A DNA stretch of 64,000 bases from Dipteris shenzhenensis (Eukaryota). Location: assembly GCA_047967505.1 (NCBI GenBank), contig CM106538.1; one strand, written 5' to 3'. Made by a program: the position numbers and the translations under genes. How positions within the stretch are numbered: the first letter of the stretch is position 1; every line of letters begins with the position of its first letter. The notes below the pieces were generated by a model. It worked only from the letters and a program-made list of their open reading frames with translations. It was not told where the DNA came from and did no database searches. Shown piece after piece: positions 25,201 through 37,200 of this stretch.

Positions 25201-28200
25201 CCCTGCACTTGCCCCTCGACCTCGACAGAGGGGTGGTACAGGTCCAGCTTCTGCTCCTCGTCCTTCGCTTGGCGGTCCTCCTCAGTTAGGTGGTGGTACA
25301 GGTCCAGCACCTATTCCTCGGCCTCGACAGGGGGATGGTACAGGTCCTTCACCTGCTCCTCGACCCCCACCTCCCTCAGGCACACGCGACGCTCTACAAT
25401 GGATTCCAGTACGTGTGCAGGTCCCTCCTTCAGTTCACGAGGGTACCTTAGTAGACTCTGCTTCACCTCGAGCTGTCCCTCCTGTCTCACCCTGCACAGT
25501 CCGAGACGCTGAAGCTTCGACCTCCTCCCCAGTTGCAGCTTCTTCCTTAGATCCAGCAGTGCCAGATGCTCCTTTTGAGGCAGGAGAGATCTCCGCGGCT
25601 GGGCAGACACATGATAGAGAGCATTCCTCACTTCCTCCCTTGGATAGGGGGAAGGGGATAGCTTACACTTTTGATCCTCTTCCCTCACAAGGGATCCTTC
25701 GCACTCCGGTGTCTGGCTTGCTCCACAGGAACTCGTTTTCAGCCTTGGCAGAGAGTTCAGATTTCCCAGAGGAGGAGTTTGTGCCTGCTACTTTTGGGGA
25801 GCTAGTGGTTAGGTTTCCTATTGACAGGGCTTCTTCTTCAGGTGCCAGGATTCTTTCCCGTGTTGATTTTCCACCACTTGGTTCCATCCCTCCCTCCTCG
25901 AGCAGGAGGTCTTCCCCTGTTGAGGGGTTTGTTTCCGCCACTAGGTCGGGTAAGGTGTTCCACTCTACATCCTCCCGTCGATGAGGATTATTAGTTGGAA
26001 CATACAGGGCCTAGGTGGCGTCCCACATCGCCGTCGTAGACAGCTGATCCGGGATCAGCTTCATCCAGGTGTTACTGGGGGTTCCATTGATATATTATTT
26101 ATTCAAGAGCACAAGCTGGATTATAGAGATTGTGCCAAGTCAGGCAAGTTGCTTTCTGGCCATACTTTTTGGTCGCCTGCCTTGGGCACCAGGGGAGGCA
26201 CTTCTATTTCAGTTTCGCAGTCGGTTTTCCCCTTAGTTGTTGGGCACGGAGTCATTATCCCCTCTAGAGCTCAGTGGATTATTCTTTTGATTGGAGGACG
26301 TAAGGTTGGCTTCCTTAACCTATATGCCTCTAACATTAGAGGGGAACGTGTCCTTATGTGGAAGACTTTGCTCTCCTGGGCCCCCATTGTGGATTCATGG
26401 GTGATTGGAGGTGACTTTAACATGGTCGAGTTACCGTCAGACAAAAAAGGGGTAGAGAAGGCGGACTTCACTCTTTGGAGAGAGCAGTTTGGGATGCCTT
26501 CCTTTTCCATTTCTGTGGCAGAGATACTTGGTGTGATGATGCCTTTCTTATTCAGCCACAGTCCCTCCTGTTCTCTTGGTCGAACAGGAGGCAACAGATG
26601 CCTATTCATGCACGCATTGACAGATTTTATGTAGATGACTGGGCACTAGATAGAGGTGGATCAGTATGCATTGCTGCGGGGGTTTCCACTTCAGATCACT
26701 TCCCTGTTGTGCTGGCTATCTTGGAGCCTCACTTGAGAGGCCGGTCTACCAGCGTCAGGATTCCATATGCCTTTTACACAGAGGAGGACCTTACAGAGGC
26801 AGCCCTATAGATATGGTTTGCTCATGTCCAGGGTGGGCAGCCACATCCATCACATGTAGCCGCTGCCCTTTCTGGTATTAGCGACTTTTACTGCTCAGTT
26901 GCTTGTACCAGGAGACGAGATATTCTCAGACGTGAGATTGGTGTTCGCCAGCAGTTGGCAGCTTTGCAGAGGGAAGAGTAGAAACGGCCTTCAGATGCTT
27001 GGATTCAGGAGCGCCTTGCTGCAGCAAGGGCTCATCTGTAGTTATTGCTTGATCAGAGAGCAGAGTATGCCTTTCATGCACGGGAGTCCTTCTGGATTCA
27101 GATGGGTGGTAGAGTCAATAAACACTTTTTCTCTACTCTTGGCCCTAGACATAGTAGAGAGAGTGTATCCCAGCTTATTGACTCACATGCGGTTTTACAG
27201 ACAGAGCCTGATGACGTCTTACACAGCTTCAGATTTCTATGCCACCCTTCTTACTGCTGATCCTGAGACACACGATAGAGAGGATGCTAGACAGGCTATT
27301 TGGCAGAGTATCCCTGTGTTGGTGAATCCGGATATGCATGTTCTACTCGACGCACCTTTCACCAACACAGAGTTCAGGACTGCACTTTCAGCCCTTCACA
27401 AGGGCAAGTGCCCAGGTTTAGATGGCCTCACCCCGCCTTTTTTCATTGCAGTTTGGGATATGATTGGGGACTATATTACTTCAGCCTTGCAGGCCATTTG
27501 GGACTCTGGCGAGATGCCTGGGTCGCTTACAGAGGGTCTCATCCACCTTATCCCAAAAGGAGGTAGCAGAAATTTATTGTCCCAGTGGAGGCCTATTACA
27601 CTTCTGGGGACTTGTTACAAGATTCTGGCCAAGGCTATCAGCCTCCGTTTGCAGCCACTTCTCCCTGATCTTATTCATGACACTCAGACGGGTTTTGTGC
27701 ATGGCAGAAGTATTTTTGATAACATTTTTTCTTTCTGGGAAGCTTCAGAGTGGGCCATGCAGAGTGGCCAGAATCTTGCCATTCTACTATTGGATTTTGA
27801 AAAAGCTTATGACAGAGTAGATTGGAGTTTTTTGGAGGGCACCCTTCTTCGCTTTGGATTCACTGATGTTTGGATCAGAGGTGTTTCCTCTTTGTACAGA
27901 TCAGCCCATAGCCAGGTTTTCTATGAGGGAGTTGACTCCTCTCGGGCCATTTCGGTTCGACGTCATCGGGTTGAGTTCTGTTCGTTGGATGTGGTACCAC
28001 ACCGTCCTTTTACAGCTGTACATGCCTCTGTGGATACTTCTTGGGAGATTCTAGCGAGCATAGCAGCCTGGCATTTCTGGAGAGCCAGATGCACAGAGGC
28101 TATGGAGGGTACTCAGGTTCATCCCTCGCACACATTGGCTAGTATCTGGACAGACATCGTACACACTCTGATGGCCGTTTGGACGGGTATGCAGGGGGAC

Positions 28201-31200
28201 TCCCGCGCAGCCTCAGCTAGGAGGGCTTCTTTCCTCAGGGAATGGAAGGATTCTCCTTTCTTCTCTGAATCTACTACAGGGTTGAGATGGCACTTTCAGC
28301 CTCAGCCTTGGCTTCTTTCCACCTCACTCTGAGGGGGTTTTTTATTATCCTCATGATTTCATGATGTATTCCGCTTTGAGCTTGCTCTCGCGGGTTTTTG
28401 TTCTTACTTAATAGAAGTCTTTTTCATGGAAAATTCCCCAAATTTTCTTGAATCCTCGTGCAAAGAAGACATGTGCACCACAGAACCTACAAAATGAGCA
28501 GATGTGGGCTGTTGCAAGTACACTTGTACGGCGAGGTACTAGTACAAGCAAGCTAGCTGTACGATGTACGGGCAAGAACAATATGACAGCCCGTACTGTA
28601 CGGAATGTATGGTCAGGGTACATATTGCTATATGGTTTTGATGGCGTTGGTACGGATATGCAGTATTGTACTGTGTACGGCCAAACCGACCTGTACGGTG
28701 CATAGCAGTTCAGTCGTCGTACATCGTACTGACTGATAGGCTTGGACGGACGGAGATGTGCAGGACTTGTACGAACAGGCTTGTACAGATGGAGAGCGCG
28801 GGGTGTGTATGGACATATACGGACGAAATGCGCATGGGTTGTGTATGGACGGCAAACAATACGACTCCGTACTATTGTACGGATGAGCAGGTTGACGGAG
28901 CAGCACACACGCTATGCTGAGTTGCTTTCCTGGCTGGAGCAGGAGATGGACAGAAGTAGGAGCAGGTCCAGGAGCTGTGCTCTGATACCAAATGAAGGAA
29001 ATCAAGAGATGGAGAGCAAGCCACACAAAACGTACTGAATAAGAGATAGAAAGAACATACAAAGGAGAAGGTTTTGTCTAAGTGACAATACCTTATCCTA
29101 TCCACTAACCGTAGTTAGGGATCCTACTTGTGGCTAGGGGGAAAAGTCTCTAATGAGGGAAAAGTGCTCCTAACTCACTTATTGACCATACATTGGTCAT
29201 TGCGATGAATTATGGCGATAATTCCAACAGCTGTTGGTTGGTGCAAGTAGACCTGTACAGCGAGGTACCTAGTACGGATGAGTTGGCTATACGATGTACG
29301 TATATGAACAGTACGGACAGTCCGTAAACTGTGTACAACGTTGGCGGCACTGGCACTGTACGACGCGTACCATTACGGAATGAACGACTTGCATCAGTAG
29401 GGCATGTAGCTGGTACGTAGTTGTACGGCCACCGTACTGGCGAGCTGGACACGAAGCTATACGGTTAGCAGGTACGTCAACTGTACATGCGAATCTGTCT
29501 GTACTATTGTACGGCAGATGTGCTGTAGGGGCAACGCAGTTGATTATTCCAACATATGTGGTGTTGGCGTGTTCTTGTGACTTAGTCTATTGAACATAGG
29601 GATGGAATTTCAAACTCTTTATGTTTCAACTTTGATATGCTGCACATTGACATGCACATGAATGCCATGCCATCTTTTTCTACTATGTTTTATTTTAAAA
29701 CATTACAAATCAATACTTTGTGGCTTTATTGTTTATACATTGACTAAGACTAAATGTTATTTAGGCTATCATCTCCAAACGTCAACTTGCTGAACTCCAC
29801 AAAATCCAACGCAGAAACCACTTTGGATATCCTAGCCATGGGGACCTTTTAGTCAAAGTGGCAAGGGGGTGTTCAAACTTGTTTGCTTCTTTTTGATGCC
29901 CAAAATACTGGAAGTTCAAGCTTGTGAAAATTTCCAATTGAAAAAACTATGGAACATTGTCACCAAATCATAGAAAAGACTCAAACCTTCTGCACAAGTT
30001 AACAACATCCTTGACAGTTGATGAAACTAAAGAGCTCAATGAACAACAAGAACATGGAAAATTTCCAATTGAAAAAACTATGAAACATTGTCACCAAATC
30101 ATAGAAAAGACTCAAACCTCCTAAACAAGTTAACAACAGCCTTGACAGCTGATGAAACTAAAGAGCTCAATGAACAATGAGCACATTATGATGAACAAGC
30201 TCATTTAGCACTTAATCTCTTGTCAAGGATGCCATGATTCCAAGGATTAGAGAACAAACATTTGGTGTGCATGCATGCATTGGAGAATAGATTCAATTCT
30301 TAGAACATCTCCAAAACATCATGCTTGAAAATCAACTCAATAATGGCAAGGAGTTACAGTTCGAGACATGTACATACTACTTAGTCCGTCTTAAAGAGCT
30401 TGCAAATCAATTGTCATCCATTGGATAGGAAATTATGAGAATTGCATTGAATCATCTAGGCCAGGATTACAAGTAGTTTGTGACAACTATGGTTACTAGA
30501 GCATTATGATGAACAAGCTCATTTAGCAATTAATCTCTTGTCAAGGATGCCATGATTCCAAGGATTAGAGAACATACATTTGGTGTGAATGCATGCATTG
30601 GAGAATAGATTCAATTCTTAGAACATGTCCAAAAAATCATGCTTGAAAATCAACTCAATAATGGCAAAGAGTTATAGTCCGACACATGTACAAATTACTT
30701 AGTCCGTCTTAAAGAGCTTGTAGATCAATTGGCATCCATTGGATAGGAAATTATGAGAATGACTTTTTCAAATTGCATTGAATCATCTAGGCAAGGATTA
30801 CAGGTAGTTTGTGACAACTATGGTTACTAGAGCTGCTCACTATCTTTTGCGGCCATGTTTAACATTCCTATGCAAGAGAAAATGAGGAGAAGCTCCACCA
30901 TATATTCATAGAATCATGAACAAGTATTCCTACTAAATGCATGAATTTCCAAAGAGGGAACTCCAATAGAGGCAAAAATAATTACAAGAAAGAACCGTCA
31001 AGACAAAGGTGACTATATACATAGTCATAGGAGACATTTGCAAAATTATCAAGCAACACCATCTTCCACATTTCAGCACCTTCCCTCTAATTAGAGTCAG
31101 AGATGGAATCCTAGAAACAAAGCTAATTTCAATAGAGGGGGTCATCAATTTAGTGCTCCAAAGAGAACCGGCAATGGTAATTAGTGTGGTATAGCAGTTG

Positions 31201-34200
31201 GGAACTCGAATGCATGGAAAGGTAGAGAGACAAATTTATCAAAATGGAAGGCAAAATGCCAAATTTGGCAATGGTGAATATCAAAATGAGTCCCAAGTGG
31301 CTTTCTCTTACAGGACCTCAGGTTTTCTATGAGGGAGTTGACTCCTCTCGAGCCATTTCGGTTCGACGTCATCAGATTGAGTCCTGTTCGTTGGATGTGG
31401 TACCACACCTTCCTTTTACAGCTGTACATGCCTCTGTGGATACTTCTTGGGAGATTCTAGCGAGCATAGCATCCTGGCATATCTGGAGAGCCAGATGCAC
31501 AGAGGCTTTGGACGGTACTCAGGTTCATCCCTCGCACACATTGGCTAGTATCTGGACAGACATCGTACATACTTTGATGGCCGTATGGACGGGTGTGCAG
31601 GGGGACTCCCGTGCAGCCTCAACTAGGAGGGCTTCTTTCTTCAGGGAATGGAAGGATTCTCCTTTCTTCTCTGAAACTACTACAGGGTTGAGATGGCACT
31701 TTCAGCCTCAGCCTTGGTTGTTTTCCACCTCACTCTGAGGGGGTTTTTTATTTATCCTCATGATTTCATGATGTATTCCGCTTTGAGCTTGTACATCATG
31801 AATGTATTCATGATGTCAAGGCGGAATACATCATGAATTCCGCCTTTTCTTACCTAATAGAAGTCTTTTTCTTGGAAAAAAAAAATGAGTCCCAAGGCAT
31901 AGGTCAACATCAAGTCCTTATTTCTCATCATTCAAATGTAGTAAGTCCAATGCACTTGGACAATGATGACAATATTTGGTGGCTTGATTCTAGGGAAGAA
32001 TGGTTTCAAGGTGCATCCGAACAAAAATGCAAAGGAGAATGCAATTATGTGTGATAATACCCCAAAGGACATAGTAGGAATTGGCGATATTCCTCTATAT
32101 AGTTATAAAGGCAATAACACAAGGGATAGGAAATACTCTTATTGTCCCAACTATGACACAAAACCTTGTTTCAGTTGGTTGAACGACTAAAGAGACATGG
32201 AGTTAGTCTTCAACAAGTTTTGGTTGCATGGTTTGAGAGTTGAGAACAATCCAAATAAAGTCATAGCAAAAGGTGCTAAGATGGGAAGAATTTTTAAACT
32301 TTCTTCATTAGTGCTTATTCAGAGAGCTTTGATAGGTTCTCACAAGTCCCAAGATGCTTATTTAAGCACATTATGGCACAGAGGTTCAAGGCCTTCTATA
32401 GATCTACCTCCATAAGATATTTATGAATCATGTAGCATGCAACAACAGCACCATCAATCTTTTTCCACTTCATGCTCTAGGCATTGACAAATTTAGATCA
32501 TACACTCAGTTATTTGGCTTATGCCTCTGTTCAATCATGGAACAAAGCCTTATATTTCATCACTTTACTGATGATTACTCCAAAAAGACTTGAATCTATT
32601 TTTAAAGATCAAATGCTATCAATGCATTTAAAGAGTTCAATGCTTCGATAGAAAAGCAAACTGGAAAGAATATAAAGAGCCTCTACAATGTGACAACGGG
32701 GGAGAGGTAGAATATAGCTTAGATGAGTTCAATAAGTTCTATACACAACATTGCATAAAGACGCTATATACATGCAGCTATGCAAGATGAAAGAACAGAG
32801 TCATAGGAGGGTCGGCCAGATGCATGCTATATGAGAACAATGCTCCCCATCCTTATCGGTATGAAGTGTGTGAAATTGTAGTCCATCTCATGAATAGAAG
32901 TCCAACAACCATCTTGCAAAATGTGATACTAGGATAATTTTTCTTAGGTGTAAAGCCTTCTCTTTGAGAGTTTTTTGCTCTCTTGCATATGCACACATTC
33001 CGGATGGACTCTGTAACAAGCCCCCCAGAGTTTGTCACTCTCTTGCATATGCAAACATTCTAGATGGACTCCGTAACTAGGGCCCCCCCCTCCCCTCCCC
33101 CCCCCCCGGACACCCACCCACCCACCCACACATCCCCATCCACCCCCACATGCATCCAAAGGAAAAGACTTCTATTAAGTATGAGAAAGAAAGAAAGAAA
33201 GTCTATTAACGTCCACTGGAGATGGGACAGCAAGAAACCCTCTAGTACATCTGCTTTAGGGAGGGCACATGGCAGCTCCTAAGGAGTGCAAAAGCAACCC
33301 CAAGAGCAAATCTCATGGTAGAGATATAGCAAAAGAAACCAAATACCAAAAGGGCAAATAAAGTGATCAGCCAAGAGACTAGCAAAAATCCACGGTTGAG
33401 GCTGAAAGTGCCATCTCAACTCTATAGAGGATTCACTGAAAAACTGGGAGCCACTCCACTCTCTAAGTAAAACAGTCCTCTTGGCAGAAGCTCCTCGGGT
33501 AAAACCCTCCATGCTCACTTAAATGGGTATCAAGGTGTATACAATATTTGTCCATATACTAGCCAATGTGTGTGAAGGGTGCCAATGTCTGTGAAGGGTG
33601 AACCTTGGAGCCATCCAAAGCCTCTGTGCATCTGGTTCTCCCAATAGACTCTTGAACAGCGTGACAATGAGAACAAATAGAGGTTGCCCTGAAAATGCAC
33701 CTCCATTGGTTCGTGTGTTCCCTCTTTGAATAGAAAGCCAAAAGAAAATACTGATTTATCTATTCTTGAAGGATTTACGGACTCTCTTCCAATTGTGGGG
33801 TCAAGGGCCCATAGTAGTGTTTAAGGTGGCTCCCATTGAAAAGCCATCCATTTCAACTCGATCAAGGGTCGCAATGCGGCATGTCCCCTGTAGCATGATC
33901 TTTACAACCCGGTTTGGACCCATACCACGATACTTTAGTTTTTGCTTGGTGTTCTCACACTATACAATAGTTAAAGTTGCTTTCGCTAAGGTTCTTATTT
34001 TTAAAGTTGCGGTCATCAACTTTCATGCCGTATGCTGCTCTAAGCCTGGTCTCATCAAAATTTATCAAGTTCAATCAGCCTCTAAGGGATGGCGTCTTCG
34101 GATACTTTTTCTTGAACTGCCACCCTTACACTTGGTACTATGAATACAATGGACATTACCACCCTTATCTCGAAGACAAGGCTAAATGGGATGCAATTAG

Positions 34201-37200
34201 TTGCAACCTTGTATGTGGTGTGGTATACCCATAATACAACAGTGAGCTTATGTTCCTAGTCATTTCGGCTGGCCTCTACCGTGCATGTCATAGTGTTACA
34301 CAAGGTCTCTTTGGTCTTAACCAGCCTATGAAAATAATCCCATTTGTGAGCCCTTGGTGAAGAAGAAATTTTCAAGAGAGAATTACAAATAAGTTTAAGA
34401 GCTAGGAACATTTTCAAGAGAGAATTATATACCTGCTAAGAACCAGAAAAATATAGCCAAAGCGTGTCTTCGAGTGTCTCACAAGCTCTCACTTGCACTC
34501 CCTTCTAAATAGGGCCAGTGCCTGTGGCTTACAAGTGATGAAAGACACCCAAGGCAGCTTTCTAGTATCCTTCATCATCAAGTCAAGGGAGTGTGAAGCA
34601 CAAGGAGTCCATACAATCTTGGGATACTTCTCCTCAAGAAGACTTCTCGATTTCCTGCAATTGGAGCCATTGTTGGTGATGACTTGCACGACGTTGTCTT
34701 CACCAACCTCCTTGATGACTGCCTCAATGTGACCGCATATCCACTTTCCAGTGATGTGAAGGCTGGCATGTGAAGCATCAACCACCTCAAAAAGATACTG
34801 CCCACACAATAAGTGACCAAAATATCAATCATGTGTCTCTTCTTTGTGTCACTCCATCTGTCGAAAACTATGGTATCCATACCGACTCGAGGCTTCCTTG
34901 AGTCCCTCCATGTCTTTGTGAATTAATCAAACCTGCTTCTTCAGACGTATGGTGTAGAGAGTGTCAGAATTGGTAGGTGTAAGGGGTGATGCTCCTGCTC
35001 TACCAATAGCTACATGTGCATGGTAAAACTTCTTGTAGGCAGGAGTCCTTGCAACATGGAAGGGAATATTGCAAGCGTAGAAGAACTACTCCTCTGCAAT
35101 TTTAGCCTCTTGCTTCAAGTATGGTGCCCAAGCAGCCTATATAGGAGTAACTCTCGGAGTGACAGTTGTTGGACCATGTGTCCTCTTTACAGGAAGCCGT
35201 GGAGGAGCTGATGGCATAGTGGACAGCCCAACTGACACGGATGTCGATGGAGTGGTGCCATGTAGACGCTGAGCAGAGACACTCCCATGCACGTGTGATG
35301 TCGATGTAGATGGGCCTCCGTGCTGTTGTAAGAGAGAGATACTCGAACCCTCCACATCCCCGGTATCTGATTGGGATGATGTGACGGTTGCCTCAATGCC
35401 CAACTTCTGCTGCTCAATCCACACCTTATCTTGAAGAATATGATCTGTGACCATAGGATGGAGGAGGCGTCGAATCTCAGGAAATTTGGTAGAGGTACCT
35501 TCATATGCTAAGAAGATCCGCTCTGTAATGGCATGGCATGGACCTTTACCCCTTGGCCTCCCTCCCATAAGAAATGCGCTCGAACTTGAGGGGCAGATCC
35601 TGTCAATGTGTCACCACAAAACTTGCACAGTGAGCTCTTTGTGCCAGATGTGCCATATCTCTTAATAAAAATGGTATCTTGCTGCACATCTTGCCTTGTG
35701 CTTGCAATGGCACATCTTGAGGTCATGGGACAGAGAGGAGAGACTCGAGAGGTTGAAACTTGGAGAGCATACAGCTAAGAGGATAGAGGAGAGGTTTGAG
35801 AGGAGAGAGGTTGTAGAGGCAAGTAGAGGTTGGAGAGGATAGAGGAGAGCTGGGCTAGAGGAGAGGTTGGAGAGGTAGGAGAAAGTTAGAAGTAGAGGGT
35901 CTAGGCTAGGATAGCAAGGGGTTTAGCAAGGGAGGGTAGAGTATGGAGCTATGGAGGCAAGCAAGGAGCTGCTGCAGCAGCAAAACCCGAGCACCTTTGG
36001 TGCAAAAAACCAAGCAAAAATGTCCCGTTGCATCGTTGTTTGTGCCAGACGTTTTGCCCTAGTCGTCGCGTTTCGTAGAAACGTTTATAGCAGAAATGTT
36101 TCTTCGCGTTTCGGTGCCTCAAAACGCATTTTTGGGTCACACTGGGACTTAGCCTTTTGTGGGGGCTCTTCTTTTGCCTTTATAAATCCTAATGGGGCCT
36201 TTAGCCTAGGAAGAGAACTCGCGGTGTGCGGTAACAACACCGACATATCTTAGCCAATGTAGATCGGACTTAACCTTCCTTACTACTGTTTCCTCCTCAG
36301 GTGCCCTTATATATTAATCATGTTCAAGGGGACTATAGTCCTGAGCACCTTGGTATCATAAGCGGCCATTAGTGTTCCTCTTTTCTCAGGCATGTCTTTG
36401 GTTGCAAGGATGTGCATCCAGTTGTGGGAGAACTCGGGTTTTTGGCAACAGAGCATACCAATGTTCATCCTGGTTCTCTCCTGCATCCTTTTTGTTACGG
36501 GCTTGGAACACGTTCACGGAAGTGGTCTGTTGGGCAGTGTCTGACGTGGCTGCAAGTAAGTTACCGGACATGGGATGGGCTTTCCAAGTTTGAAGGTCGA
36601 CCCCCATGACCTGCTCGCCCTTGTGTAGATATATTCGGTTTGAGGACTAGCCACGGACCAATCCTGCAGCGCACATGAAGGGTATTTCCAATATAATGTC
36701 ATAACCGGGAGGCCCCAATTCTAAGTTGATTCTGCTTCGATGCGGGATCAAGGGGTGGCAGCCCCTTGTGGCTTCCCTACGCCACAGCAGGGCAGGGTTT
36801 GAAAAATGGCCTTTATTTCAATGCAAATTTGCATGCGAATTTCATCATTTCCTAGGAGAGGCTAGAAAGAATTGAATGGCAACTAGGAGGGAGGAAGTAA
36901 GCTTTGGGGAGGGAAGGGGCTGAGAGAGGGAGATGGAGGAGAGGGAGAGGGAGAGGGAGGGGCTGAATGGGGAGAGGCTGAGAGGTTGAGAGAGGGACCT
37001 AGAGGGGAGAGGCTGAGAGGGGGCGAGGCTGGGGCTGAGAGGGGAGAGGTTTAGGGAGAGGTAGAGAGGGGAAAGGTGATGAAGGAAAAACTTTAGGTGC
37101 TGCTACCTGCAAAAAGGAGCTGTTCCAGGAAAATCTTTGATGGCAAAAATGGGACCAGCAGGTTGAAGGCGAATTGAGGCTGTTAGAGCTGAACCTTGCT

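Larger units (their letters stand above)
7235..29229 (-). mobile_element. Old Ty1/Copia element split by four younger insertions (segments about 7235-7884 RT, 12727-12881 linker, 16195-16619 integrase, 21178-23760 integrase/protease/gag/leader, 28433-28990 leader+PBS, 28993-29229 5' LTR); 3' end lost
   Basis: Motifs: integrase [15 protein letters not shown], protease [10 protein letters not shown], gag [27 protein letters not shown] at 28979-28990. Sequence rejoins across TSDs TGGAA and AGATC (FVTRDVI|FSETSA). The link across the 23760-28432 LINE is inferred, no TSD seen. Confidence 0.8.
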
